A DNA stretch of 64,000 nt from Psilocybe cubensis (Eukaryota). Location of the stretch: NCBI GenBank assembly GCA_017499595.2, contig CM039005.1, positions 62,001-126,000 on the forward strand, in the 5' to 3' direction. Under the pieces are notes generated by a model. The model was given only the letters and a program-made list of their open reading frames with translations, ran no database searches and was not told where the DNA came from. The first letter of the stretch is position 1. Each line of letters begins with the position of its first letter. Below, one piece after another: positions 13,271-25,228 of the stretch. Made by a program: the position numbers and the translations under genes.

Positions 13271-16200
13271 CGCTCAAATAGGAAAGACGAAAAGAATAAA
13301 GCCGGTGTACGAGGTAATGACAACACACCACCTTTCTCTCAGGGGAGGGTACAGCAGCAATAGATGAGGACGACGGTCAGGAAGAGGAGGTGGTGAGTAA
13401 GAAGACCGCTGAGTCGGCTGCGAGCTCGGATGACGGGGTGAGAGCGTCTCGGTGTTAGCGAAGGTCGAGATGGGAATTGACTTGAGATGGGATTGATGGT
13501 ACGCAAACGACGAGAACTGGGTGGACACGCGGGTTTCAAGGGAAGTGTGGGTGTTGTGGGCCGCGTCCTTCGATGGGGATTTTGGATTGAGAAAAGAACA
13601 GTGCTCACCGCACACCTCATCTGACATCCCTTCCTGCCAAAACATGTCCTTCACGACGGGGTCTCCATGTTGATTCTGGGCGGATCATTTATTCGTCAGT
13701 CTGTGCAGGTCGTTATCATGGCAAAGTCAATGTGCGAATAGTGCGAAAGAGAAATGCTCACAGAGTGCCTCAAGCTACGTTTTGGGGTGCAGATATGTCC
13801 TGCCCACGTCGGATGTCGTCTATATTGTACATCGTTGCAGACATCGCTATTGTTGTCGCGCCATGCCCTGTAACTCGTCTTGTCATTTGTAGGTGATGTG
13901 CTGCGCACACTCTTTGCAGTACCAACATAGGACGGATTGAAAAGGTGTTATAATTGCCTCCAGGTGCATAAGCACCGAGTCTTTCACGCGTGCAGGTATA
14001 TCGTACTTGATTTTTTTCAGTTTCATGCTTTCTGTATGCGCACAGGCGTGCAATGACAAAAAGCAAAATCTGCATATGCAGAGGAACACACGAGAGGCAG
14101 ATCGGTTGGATGGTGGATGGTGGATCAGGCAGTGCTGTGAAAAAAGAGGAAGCGGAGGATGCATGTGGGCAAGTGCACACACAGAGGAACACGCGTACAT
14201 AGATGCGACCAGCCAGGGATACACAGACACATAACAGCCCACGCAGAACAAGTCGAAGTCATGAAAACGAGCATACAACAATCCAGCAGAATATCACCAA
14301 AACATGTTGCGCTGTGTTTGGCTTACTTCGCTTTGTTGCTAAACCAGCGTTGGGGTGTTGACCTCAGAGTAATCGCGTCCAGTGTCCTGTGAGTGGACAT
14401 CAAGCCAGACGCAGAGAGGTATGAGAGACTCATTTCTAACCAGTCAGAGACACAGACTAAAACCATCCAGACATACAGAGGCAGTTCCTGTGAAGCAGGG
14501 TCTGCATGCAGTTCCGAATAACCGCATCTGCACTATTCCCCTGAAACCCATTCACATGAACTGCCCTTGAATGCTGAGGTACATATATGCGCTCATCTCG
14601 AGGCAGGGAAATCCATCGCACAGAACCCTCGTCTCTGAATCTCGCTTGTGCTCGTGCAAAAGATTTGGCACTGCGTGTGCGTGTGCATTAATTTTTCAGT
14701 CTTTGTTGTGGTCTTGTTGTTGTTTAACACCACACGACGCTGCGCATAGGGGGTGTGGAAGGTGAGCGGACACAGACAAGGATGGGGACACTGACGGATT
14801 GACACATAAATGTGAGGGAAAGTGGGTGAGTGTGGGTTGCGGGTGAGCGCGATGTGGCACGCAGTGCGTTCGTGTTGATGTTAACGGTGGTTAGTAAAGA
14901 GAGGGACGCACTTACCAGCACTGAGATAATCGCAGAATCTAGCAAACGGGCGAAACCGGGTGATAGAGGGACAGAGTTTCGTACTTGTATGCGGAGAAAA
15001 GAGATGGATGAGGGAAGGGCGGACATGCGCAGTCGTCGTCGTGTGGGTTGGGTGATTGTTGGTGTGCTTGGCGTCTGTGGCGAGCTGGATGTCGCGCTCC
15101 TGAACTCACGTTCACTATCATGCATTGCCCCTTACAATTGCGACCCGGTGTAGCTTGCGCCGCTTCGATACCAAGTATGTGCCAGTGCAATGGAAAATCG
15201 AGGGTGATAGCACTGGAGAGTCGAAAGCCGGGTCCTGCACCAAAGCGAAAAAAAAAACATTGAACGCGAACTACTCACCTAGATGACCCTCCTCCTTTGT
15301 TCCTCGGCCTCGATATTCCCGTTCCCTCTCCCTAGTTTGCGTACATGCGGAGTCCGTTGGTGTTCGAATGGCTGGGGAAGAGATGGTGGTGGTCGAAAAC
15401 AAATGGCGTGTTGTTTGGCCGTTGTCAAGGATATTCAAACTCCGCTTTAACTCTTGAAGCGCACGATTATGCATACTCGGAGCAATGTACGATGCTTGGG
15501 CTGGCTAGTTTGTTGAATAAATACTATTTCTTAGCGTGAATATATATGCCGCATGTAGAGCGATCTGAACTAGCCGAGTCATGAGAGGAGCCATGAACCA
15601 TTGCGAGACAGTCGAGACGACACGGTCTACTACATCAAGACCTTGCTTGCCTTGACTCTCGTCGCTCTCACCACTACAACTACACTCGGTCTGGAGACAC
15701 CAGTCAATCTACGGTAGGACCATCCACCATCTCCATTACACTCACGCACTGACATTGAACATCCCAATCCGTTGCGTTTGTGATCATTTAGTGGGCATTG
15801 CCTGTCCACTATTAGGGGTAGTTCGTGCGTTACACCCAGTCAAAATGAAAGGCATGTGCGTTTCACCTCTGTAGTCCGCTATATATTCCGCTTATCTGTG
15901 CTCTGTCCAGTCTTTAGCCCTATTACATTTATAATCTGATGTGCATTTGATATTAAAGACAAGCAAACCGGGGTTTATACCAAAGGGGTAGAGTGTGTGT
16001 CCAAGATACGCTTACTGGGAAATAGAAATGATTCTCTGTTTCAAAATTGGCTGGTATAGAACCAGCGCAGTGCGCTCGCTAGTGACACCAGGCTGGGAGA
16101 CCCGGATATCAGCAATGGATTGGTGGACATTTATTCGTGCCCGCTGGAGTGCTGTATAACCATACTTATCTCGTGAATTGACATTGATTGAGAGATTGGT

Positions 16201-16368
16201 CAGGAAAAATCACATTATGTCAATATGGCCTCTTACTTCTGGCTTTGCAAGTGCTGTTTCCCCCGGCTAGTTTGGAGATTTACATCTACCTACGAGAAAC
16301 GAAGAATGGCAGTCTCGATTAAGCAGTCACCATGATCTGAGGCATATATGAGGGCCTTCCACCCCTCG

Positions 16369-16734
16369 TTACTCTGTGTATTGATATGAATCTCTTGGAC
16401 AGTGTTGAACCACGTTGATATGACCTCCCAACGCTGCCACTGCAAGTGCTGTGTTACCATCTTTGTCTTGTATATTTACCTTCACCGCCGGGGAGCGAAG
16501 GATGGAATCCGCAACAGAACAGTAACCATGCAATGATGCACATACAAGGGCCGTCCATCCATTGGTATCTTGTATATTGATATTTATATCCTGGGCAGAC
16601 AACAACCGCTGAATTACATCAAGATGACCTCCAAATGCTGCAAATGCAACTGTGAATCCGATGTTATTCTGGGTATTTACATCCACCTCCTGGAAGTCCC
16701 CACAGTCAGAAAATCCCAGTTCTGAAGCGTTCAC
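16369..16734 (-). pseudogene. Ankyrin-repeat gene fragment, a different repeat type from the NLRs
   Basis: INIQDTNGWTALVCASLHGY and VNIQDKDGNTALAVAALGGH; frame breaks on both sides, with decayed repeats continuing toward ~16.0 kb. Confidence 0.7.
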
Positions 16735-17672
16735 TAGAGGCGAAATCCAAAGATTCTATGCTTCATTTAAATGTCCTTCTTGAGTCGGGTGAGACTCCGC
16801 CTTACTCCAACTCTTATAATTTCTTGCATTCAACTCACATTCGGTCGTCAATGTGCACAGCAATGCAGTTGGATAGTTACAGCAAACACACACGCCGTTA
16901 TTAGCTTCAACTCTGAGGAAGCGTTTGCAACGGTACAAATGTTGCACCTGTGAGACAACGTTCATGTTGTTAAATCAATATTAATTTTCCACCTATATCC
17001 GTGTTTATTAAGTAAGTGTGCAATGCGATACCTATTCGGCACCAGAAGCCTCCTAATCCGCCATAACGTGTGTTGTGTGGGAGACACCGTGTCTCTGAGT
17101 AGACTGAACGGACTGTTCATCCATCACACCGACGAGCAGACAAGCAGGCACGCCAACGACCAGCCAACTAGACACACAGATACACGCCACTAACCCAGAA
17201 CATGTTTAAATTATCAAAACTCGAACACATAGAATTCCCCGCCACACTACACATTGTGGTAAAAAGACCCAAGTGTGTTACAGAACTAGAGTGGGGGAGC
17301 AGTCGTCAAGGTATTTACGGGCATACAGAAATCAGCGTGGCTGCTCGCGTGCGTGCGTTTTTGCGTGTGCCTGCGTGACACGCATTTTTGCGCAACAACT
17401 GTGTTCTGCACACATATTGATATGTTCTGCACGCAATGTCACAGCTGTGTCACACGTAGGATTGTAACGTAACAGTGGTCGTTAGCGTTCATTTATAATT
17501 ATTTGGTGTGTAATAATGTATTGTCAGTATGCCCTTGTATTATACTAACTTCATGTGCAGCCACCACCACGGATATCAAGCAGTTAGGATGTAGAGATTA
17601 TTACATGTCTATACTGTATTTGAATTAATCAACATATATGTCTTTAACAGTCTACAATACATGGTAAGTGTA

Positions 17673-17717
17673 CATCATAAAAAGTGCGGGTAGATTACAA
17701 AGCATTGTAAACCCAAT
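17673..17717 (+). repeat. Left terminal inverted repeat of the Plavaka element
   Basis: CATCATAAAAAGTGCGGGTAGATTACAAAGCATTGTAAACCCAAT; aligns to the reverse complement of 47139-47182 with one gap. Confidence 0.85.
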
Positions 17718-18084
17718 TAAATATTTTTTTATTCGAAATTCTCACACTGCATTACAACCCTCTTGAAATGTTGTGAGAAACCGGAAATATTGCAGTGTGA
17801 ATAAATTAATTTGAGGTTTACAATATTTTTGGGTATTGCAATATGAAAGAATAAGCAGCTAGTTTATAATTTCAACAAATTACTGTATGAGATGACAAGG
17901 AATCAAGAGTGTTATAAAACATTGCGAGAATTTATTGGGTTTCTCAATGATAAGGAGGATTGAATGGGATTTTGAGGCACCCAGCAGATTATAATAGAAC
18001 AAATTTATTTATTCAGTAATAAAAGTACAGGCATGGTATGTAAAGCAGGGCAGAGCAGAGCAATAATTACAGCAATGAGAGACA

Positions 18085-20207
18085 TCAGAATTTCTTAGCC
18101 TTACGTTTGATAGGTTGGCGCGTTCCCTTGGCCTGGGTCCTGGCCTTTTTAGCTGGTGGTTCTTCACCGTCGGCGGCGGTGGCGTCAGAATTGGGAGCAG
18201 GAACGGCATCAGCGTTGGGAGTAGGCAGGGCCTCATCCCCGGTCTCAAAGGGGTCTGAAGGTGGTGCCTGTAGCTAATATGAGCCCTAAATAGAGAATGT
18301 AATAGATACACTCACTTCTTTGCGCTTTGGACCAGGGCGGTGTGGCGCCGCTTTCCTCTTTGCAGGGAGCTAATCATAATATTAGTGTAATGAACCAATC
18401 TCGAGTGAAAACGCACCTTGATCTTGATCGGGGCTGGTGGGGAAGGGGAGCGTTCGTTTTCGGAAGAAAGAGAGGAAGAATCCTCGGAAGAGAGGTCAGG
18501 GGGGGATTCTGAAGGGATCCTAATCGCGTTTAATGCCATTCGGCGACGGGAGACTTGTTGAGGCACAGGTTCCGCCAGTGAAACAGCTGCAAATGCTTTA
18601 GCTAGCACTGGTGCAGACCCATTATCTGGGGCGGGGTGGGAGGAGGGTGCGCGTGCTTGAGGAGATGCAGGTGCGGGTGTGGGTACACGAGCAGGTTCGG
18701 GTGTGGGTGCACGAGGGGGTGCGGGTGCAGGTGCACGAGCAGGTGCACGAGCAGGTGCAGGTGCTTGAGCCGCAGCGGCCATTTGAGCTTTACGCCGTTC
18801 TACCGGGTCTCTGAGGCGTCCGTCGCGTGCACTACCTTCCAAAGGGGACGACTTCTTGTCATGATCCACGGGCTCAGATGGCAAGATAATGTTCCTAGAA
18901 ATTCATTAGCATAAAATCAAGCGCGTAAGGCACGCTTACTCTTGCCACCAAGCCACAGTCTCCTTGGCCCACGTATCGTCATCAGAAAGACCCAACAGAA
19001 GCGTCAGAATAGATGCGTAGAGGCGGTCGGCCTTCAAAATGCTCTTCGCCTCAGGCCAAGTCTTACCGCTGATTGCAATGACAAGCTTTGAAGGAGGTTA
19101 GCACTGACAGACTACTGGCAATGTCCACTTACCATCATGCAATAATAACATATGAGTCTTATCGTTAGTTCATATACTTTGTGAATCTGTCCTTTGCTGG
19201 CACGTCCTCCAAGCCTGTTGGCCTCGCCTACAAGCATACGTTGGACGAACTAGAGTGCTAATATGTATCAATGACATGTCAAAACATAAAAAAAAACTTA
19301 CTTGGGGACCCAAGGGTGGTCGAAACAGACCTTGGACCTCGTCGTCTATGTCAAATGGGATGTCAGGGTCATACAAGCAAGCTGGCCAATCCAGCGCGTC
19401 TCCATTTTTGGTATCGGCTTCGAGTGATTCACATCGCACCCTATCCACAAATAAATCAACTCATATTCGCAGAAAATAACAAGCCGACTTACAGAATTTC
19501 ACGCGCATTGAGGTCGGCGAGCTCGGCGAACTTGACACGCGGGATTAAAAGAGCGGCGTATGCAGGGTGTTTATAGCCCCGGTTCACCCTGGCACAGGCC
19601 AGTTTGTAGGCCTGTAGGTCAAGTGGGACCCTCAGATCAAATGGGATCAACTCCGGGATCAACTTATGTGCCTTGAAGAGATCGTCGGATCGCGAATGAG
19701 CTGCAGCACTCGATACCTTACAAGTATGGTTAGTCGATCTGTACATGCGACCTCACAAAATTATTACCAAATCAATGACTTTGCCAATCAAAGCAGAATT
19801 GTCCTCGCACTTCTTGATGATATCCATAAGGTCGGGCATCAAGTCCTGCATCTCATAGAAGGACCAGAGCTTGGGTTGTAAACTAATATATGCATAAATA
19901 AATGCCCCAGAAAAAAAAAGGCGCATATACTTACTCCAATATTTGTTGTCGGGTCATACCATCCGTTATATGGTTGGCCAGAAACTCGAGACCCTCTTGG
20001 ATGACGCTCTTTACGTTCATAAATGGGTCGATGGACTGGTGAATCCATCTCGCGCCCTTCAGAGTGTCTGCTAGTTCGGGGCATCTACAAATAACGTTAG
20101 CGGTTAACGCGCACGGGGACGGGGGAGGGGGGGATTCAGGCTTACTCGAGTTCTTTGTTGGTGTCAATAGCCGTGAGGGCTTTTTCAATCTGGGTTGGGG
20201 TGAGCAT
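18085..20207 (-). CDS. Passenger gene A of the Plavaka element; multi-exon hypothetical protein, tentatively DUF6698-like, with Pro/Ala-rich basic tail
   Basis: ATG 20207 (MLTPTQIEKAL). Exons encode RWIHQSIDPFMNV, DWPACLYDP..GLFRPPL, DDDTWAKETVAWWQ, PAPARAP repeats and a ..KRKAKKF stop at 18085. Family recalled from motifs of TE-associated Agaricomycete proteins. Confidence 0.7.
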
Positions 20208-20509
20208 GGTGGTGGATGGTGGTGGTACGGGAAGAAAAGGGATGAAAAAAACTCCCTTCCGCATATACCGAGCGCAGTGGTTATGTAATGGACACCTGAG
20301 GAGGTACAGATGTCCGCGCTATTCCGCGCCATTGCCATAACTAGCGGGCGAAGGAGGCGCGATCGCAATCGACAGCGAGCTGTCAGAGGATAAAAATAGC
20401 CCACCGCGAATTACCATAGGCAGGAGGTAGCCACCCAAGACGCCCCAGGTATACCCGTGCGTTGAAGCTTGTGGCCAGGGCTTTCGACGACGAGAAGGGG
20501 TGTATACGC

Positions 20510-20945
20510 GCACCGAACGAACCCCCAGGTATCTCCGTGGGTTGAAGGGGGCTGGTAGTCCGTAGCAGCGACAGGAGCACCCTACAGAGTACAGAATTGC
20601 CATAGTCAAGCAGCCGCACCCAACGAACCCTCAGGTATTTCCGTGGGTTGAAGGGTGTGAGCACCGACTTGAGCACCCTACAGAGTACAGAATTGCCATA
20701 GTCAAGCAGCCGCACCCAACGAACCCTCAGGTATTTCCGTGGGTTGAAGGGTGTGAGCACCAACTTGAGCACCCTACAGAGTACAGAATTGCCATAGTCA
20801 AGCAGCCGCACCCAACGAACCCTCAGGTATTTCCGTGGGTTGAAAGGTGTGGGCACCGACTTGAGCAGCCTACAGACTACAGAATCACCGTAGTCAGCAG
20901 ACTGCTACCCAACGAACCCCCAGGTATTTCCGTGGGTTGAAGGGT
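20510..20945. repeat. 96-bp tandem array (3 near-identical units plus degenerate flanking units) between divergent genes A and B
   Basis: Unit CCTACAGAGTACAGAATTGCCATAGTCAAGCAGCCGCACCCAACGAACCCTCAGGTATTTCCGTGGGTTGAAGGG.. starts at 20581, 20677, 20773 and ~20869. Confidence 0.9.
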
Positions 20946-21077
20946 GGTAGTGGTGCGGAAGTCAACAGAGCCAACAAACGGAACCCTACCCAAATTCAGA
21001 TTCTGCCTGATGGCAATTTCAAACTCCGACACACGTGGTGATCTCAACACGTTCCTGCGTCATTGGTTCTTCTTCGC

Positions 21078-21270
21078 TACCCAGGCTCATTGTTCAGGCA
21101 GCCTCACTACCCAGGCTCATTGCTCGGGCAGTACGCGCAACCTACCCAGGCTCATTGCTAGGGCAGAACGCTTAAACTACCCAGGCTCATTGCTTGGGCA
21201 GAACTCATAAACTACCCAGGCTCATTGCTAGGGCAGAACGCTTAAACTACCCAGGCTCATTGCCAGGGCA
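21078..21270 (+). promoter_or_regulatory. Array of six 23-nt stem-loop motifs (core CCAGGCTCATTG) just upstream of gene B
   Basis: Cores at 21081, 21111, 21146, 21181, 21216 and 21251; the array ends 45 nt before ATG 21316. The regulatory role is inferred. Confidence 0.6.
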
Positions 21271-21315
21271 GTACGCACAGATAAATTGGAATTCCTGCTC
21301 CCCTAACTGTCCATA

Positions 21316-24300
21316 ATGCCCCCCGTATGTATCTTACAATATCGAGGTGTATTTGGTTGCTAATTCTACGTACAACAGACTACGCCCTCCTTTGACTGGT
21401 CCCAGGGCTCCGTCTTCCTACAAGACGGTATAATTTACTACTCTCCCAATTGTAACCGACCAGTCCGTATCAAGGCCCCAGAGCGGAATCACCCCCACCC
21501 ATTCCCTGAACGTGCAGAGCCAGATCCCACCTCTGTCAAGCATCCTGTCTGGTGGACAGACACCTTTGGGTGGATGTCCTTCATACCGCTCAACCCATCC
21601 TTTATCTCCGACCCCTTCGACACCTTTACCTGGCAGCCTGAGCTGGATGTAACTCCTAGCTATAATACTCCACCCGGTCCCCACTCTCTACCAGCTCGAA
21701 ATTCATACTATAAAGCATTGGCGGTTTAAGGAACAATGTTTACTGGAAGCTGCGCACAAAATGAAGCTATGGTACCACGTACCAGCCAGTCAACCACCTC
21801 CGCCTTCCATCTTTAAATAGGATGAGCCCTACACATCGAAAGAAGAAGCTTATCGCCAGATTAAATTGGCGCGAGATTGGTTTGCCGTATGGATGGGATT
21901 CTTTGCATATTTCGCTGCGTGTGCAAAGTATGACAAGTATTGTGCAGGAAAGATGGTGAGAGAACAGGGCGAGTTACTACCCCGATGGTATACCAGGCTG
22001 CTCGAGGAGGTTCCGATGCTACAGCAATCCTGGTTGGACAGGCTTTTAACATCGCCAGCGTGTGTATTCTCACCCGACACTCAGCGTGCAGGGATAGTTA
22101 TTCCCTGGTATGAATATGACAATCGGAGGCCCGAGATACAGTTCTTCCTGGACCAGCAGATTCCTGTTTTCTTTCCGTGGTGTGCCATCGCAGAACAGGC
22201 CATCATAAACAACCCCACCCTTCGCTATCTTGAGCCTCCTGCAAACCTTGTTCGGGATGCCCTTGAGAAGTTTCTGAACCGATTCCCCAGTGTTCCTCTC
22301 GCTGGCCTAATCCTTAGGTCCTACTTTCGATTTCATGATTGCCCGCTGCACTCCACCAAACATATATTGAGAATGAAACACAGTACGTCGTTGGTCACGA
22401 AATATATGTATGAAAAATTTGCCTCGCAAACCGACAAGGTCAAGGCGGCTATGGAGGAGAACCAGGTGGAGGCCACGGTTGCAGAATTGAGGGAGATAGT
22501 AAGCCGAGCCATGGACATGGACCTCGCAGAGGCCGAGCGAGCCATAGCAAATCTCCCCACTCACGATTGGATGGACAAAGGTGACTACCACCGGAGAGGA
22601 GAGTTGTACGACCACGTCTCGATATTCTTGGAGAAACGCGAGAGAAACCAGCGCTTTATCATTGCGACTGAGACCGAGGACGCAAAGATCAAAAGGCTTC
22701 AAAGAGAGGAGGCCCTCCCGGGGTACAACACATCGGTCTATAGGTGGAAAAGTGTCACGACGCCGGGGGGGAAGGAATTATACATGCGAGTTCGCCTCCT
22801 TCGATCAAAGCACGAGAGACTGTTCGCAAAGGTGCCTCCCTCTCAACGAACATACAATGCAGTCTCAAACGAGTGGGACATTTTTGATGAAGTGGATTTG
22901 CCACGAAAATATCTGCAATTTGTGGACCCCCCTCCTAGGAAGGACGGTTATATCTACGACTATCCTATCCAAGCCGCCCGCATCAATCCCCAGTCCATCA
23001 TCCCCGACAACGATGTACCCCGTGTGGAATCCGTTCCCGTCATCCCAGAACCCTGTGTAGACTCTTCCTCGGGTGGTGCGACTTCCCCTCATGAACCTCA
23101 GTACGAAACATTCCCCATGGACACGGAGGAATTTTAGGAGAGGCCTTCCCAGCCTCCGGTACATCGTCCAGAGCCGGGCCCCTCCACCATGAATACCGAC
23201 ACTGATGAAGCTTCGAAAATCCATGATTACGATTGGGACACCGCCGACCTCATCTCCAACTTGCGATACAGCTATGGATTCGTAGCCTTTGTAGTCCCGA
23301 AGAAGGAGGATAAGACACCGGAAGGCTGGAAACACGCCTGTCAACACTTTGGGTTTAGGAAGGATGGGGCAGAACAGTTTGTCTCAAACACGGATCGTCA
23401 ACTCATCTGTCAGTTTCATGACGGTTTGATGGGGTCAACTGACCGTCCGCTCCCTCAAGACATTCACGATCTCCACCCGCAAAATTACCTATCCCTTCAA
23501 GTTTTAGGGAATCTCAGCCTCATCCATCGGCCCATCCCAAATCTATTTGTTTTCGCTCATCACGACATATGTGCACCTCAGGAAGAGTCCGACAGAATGT
23601 CTGCTGATTGGAGTATTGGAGTCGAAACCCCAGAGGCTGCTTTATATGTCTTACGAGTCTTCCAGTCCCATCCTGGGCATACAGTTGTCAGTGTGGCACA
23701 CAGACTTTTGTCCAAAGGAGTGCAGTTTCGAACTCTTGTCGGGCGTAAAAATGTGGTTCAGGTGCATCAACCCTACAAGGAAGTTACCTTTTACCGCAAA
23801 GTCAGTTACAAGTTTACCAACGACGACTATGAGTCCTCGATGCTAGCCTGTTGGCAGATACTGGACCAACAACGCGGTCGTGCAGCGCTACTCATGGGTG
23901 GAATAGTAGGACGAATCGCCAAAGAGTATCTGAGCACAGAGTCTGTTCTCCAGGGCCCATCAGTGGAATTGCTGAGAAATGGAGGCGGATATGTCGCTAA
24001 TCTAGAGGCCAAATTGCTGGCTTACTGCGATGACGGGCTTACAGAACACGATATTGCGATTATTATCGGGTCGTATTCTCTCATGACGGGTAAGTGTTCA
24101 CTACATTTAACTGATCGCTCTATTTAATGTCGTTTTTAGATTTTAAAAATCAGGTCGGAGTCAAGTCTTGGTTTCCTCCCCCGGCGGTATGGAATGAAAT
24201 CGACAGGAATGGGATAGGATGGCTGGAATGGACTGAACGCAATGAGTACTGGTACCAGACTAGGCTGGAATTAATTCGAAATGGCAAAGCGCAACCTTTA

Positions 24301-24426
24301 ATGCTTCAAGACTGGAAGAGCCTTCTCAAAAATAAGCCAGTCCGTGTTCTAAGGGAATCAGTGCGAGCTCGATCAGCGGCATTTGTCCATGAACATATCC
24401 CCGTAACCAGGAATCCTTGTAGATAG
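21316..24426 (+). pseudogene. Passenger gene B of the Plavaka element; large hypothetical protein, now disrupted
   Basis: ATG CCC CCC|gtatgt intron, then YYSPNCNRPV, WWTDTFGWMSFIP, ARDWFAVWMGF, RAALLMGGIVGRIA and SWFPPPAVW..WTERNEYWY (motifs recalled from TE-linked Agaricomycete proteins). Probable frameshift near 21680; in-frame TAG at ~21818 and 23135. Confidence 0.72.
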
Positions 24427-24734
24427 GTAGCACATTTTTCTTGTTTCTTCATTCACGGATCTACACCACTACTCACAGTGTATTTTTGCCTTCGTACATA
24501 CTACAAAACAAATTTTATGTATACTATCTATATTTCTTCGTACAAACTATTGGTCAGATATCATGTATACCACGGAAAAAATTGTTTGGAAATTCTGAGC
24601 CCAAAAAACATAAAAAAAACATGAGATTGCTTACAGTAAGCCGGTTAGGCCAATCAAAACTCCACTAAGTTTTGAACTCCGACACCGCGCCCTATCACGC
24701 CTGAGGTTGATGTCTGCACTCTCCTTATTCGCTC

Positions 24735-24839
24735 TACCCAGGCTCATTGCTCGGGTCAGAACGAATCGGTGGCTCGCTATCCAGGCTCATTGCCGGGATA
24801 AGAGCTTCCTATCCACTGTCCAGGCTCATTGCTAGGACA
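24735..24839 (+). promoter_or_regulatory. Stem-loop array upstream of the transposase, left half (split by the copia insertion)
   Basis: CCAGGCTCATTG cores at 24738, 24781 and 24820; continues at 41233-41332 once the copia is removed. Confidence 0.6.
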
Positions 24840-24853
24840 AGGATTTTCTACCC

Positions 24854-25228
24854 TGTTGTAGGGACGTACCAATCCAGGGTACAGCGCCTATCAAAAGCAC
24901 AAGCGGACTTGGCGTCGCTATACGTGCACGGCAGGCGCATCAAGCGCCTGCATCCAAAAAAGGACAGCGAGGATGATCGGGGAGGTCTGCCTCCCCAAAG
25001 GAAATTTTCATCTTTGTTTACTATTATTTCTCAGTGACTGCTTATAACCCCCACTCAGTCTATTCAACCACCTCAGTCGTTTACCATACTGACTGAGGTG
25101 GGCTTTACATTATCTTATCCCATTCAGTATATATTTACTTACATCTTACTACGTACAGTGCCTTGTACAACAGGTAGTCTAGATCAATATTAGTCGTTTA
25201 CCATACTGACTGAGTGCCTTGTACAACA
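24854..25228 (+). repeat. 5' LTR of copia 1
   Basis: TGTTGTAGGGAC..GTACAACA; differs from the reassembled 3' LTR at two positions seen, both CpG>TpG. Confidence 0.95.

Noticed and set aside
20383-20856. 157-aa ORF with 32-aa repeats, or a possible CRISPR-like array
   Set aside because: It follows from a 96-bp DNA tandem repeat; there are no unique spacers and no cas genes, and the context is eukaryotic.
21081-21092. Resemblance of the hairpin loop (CTCAT) to a tRNA-Met anticodon loop
   Set aside because: There is no cloverleaf or A/B box, and the match is too short to be meaningful.
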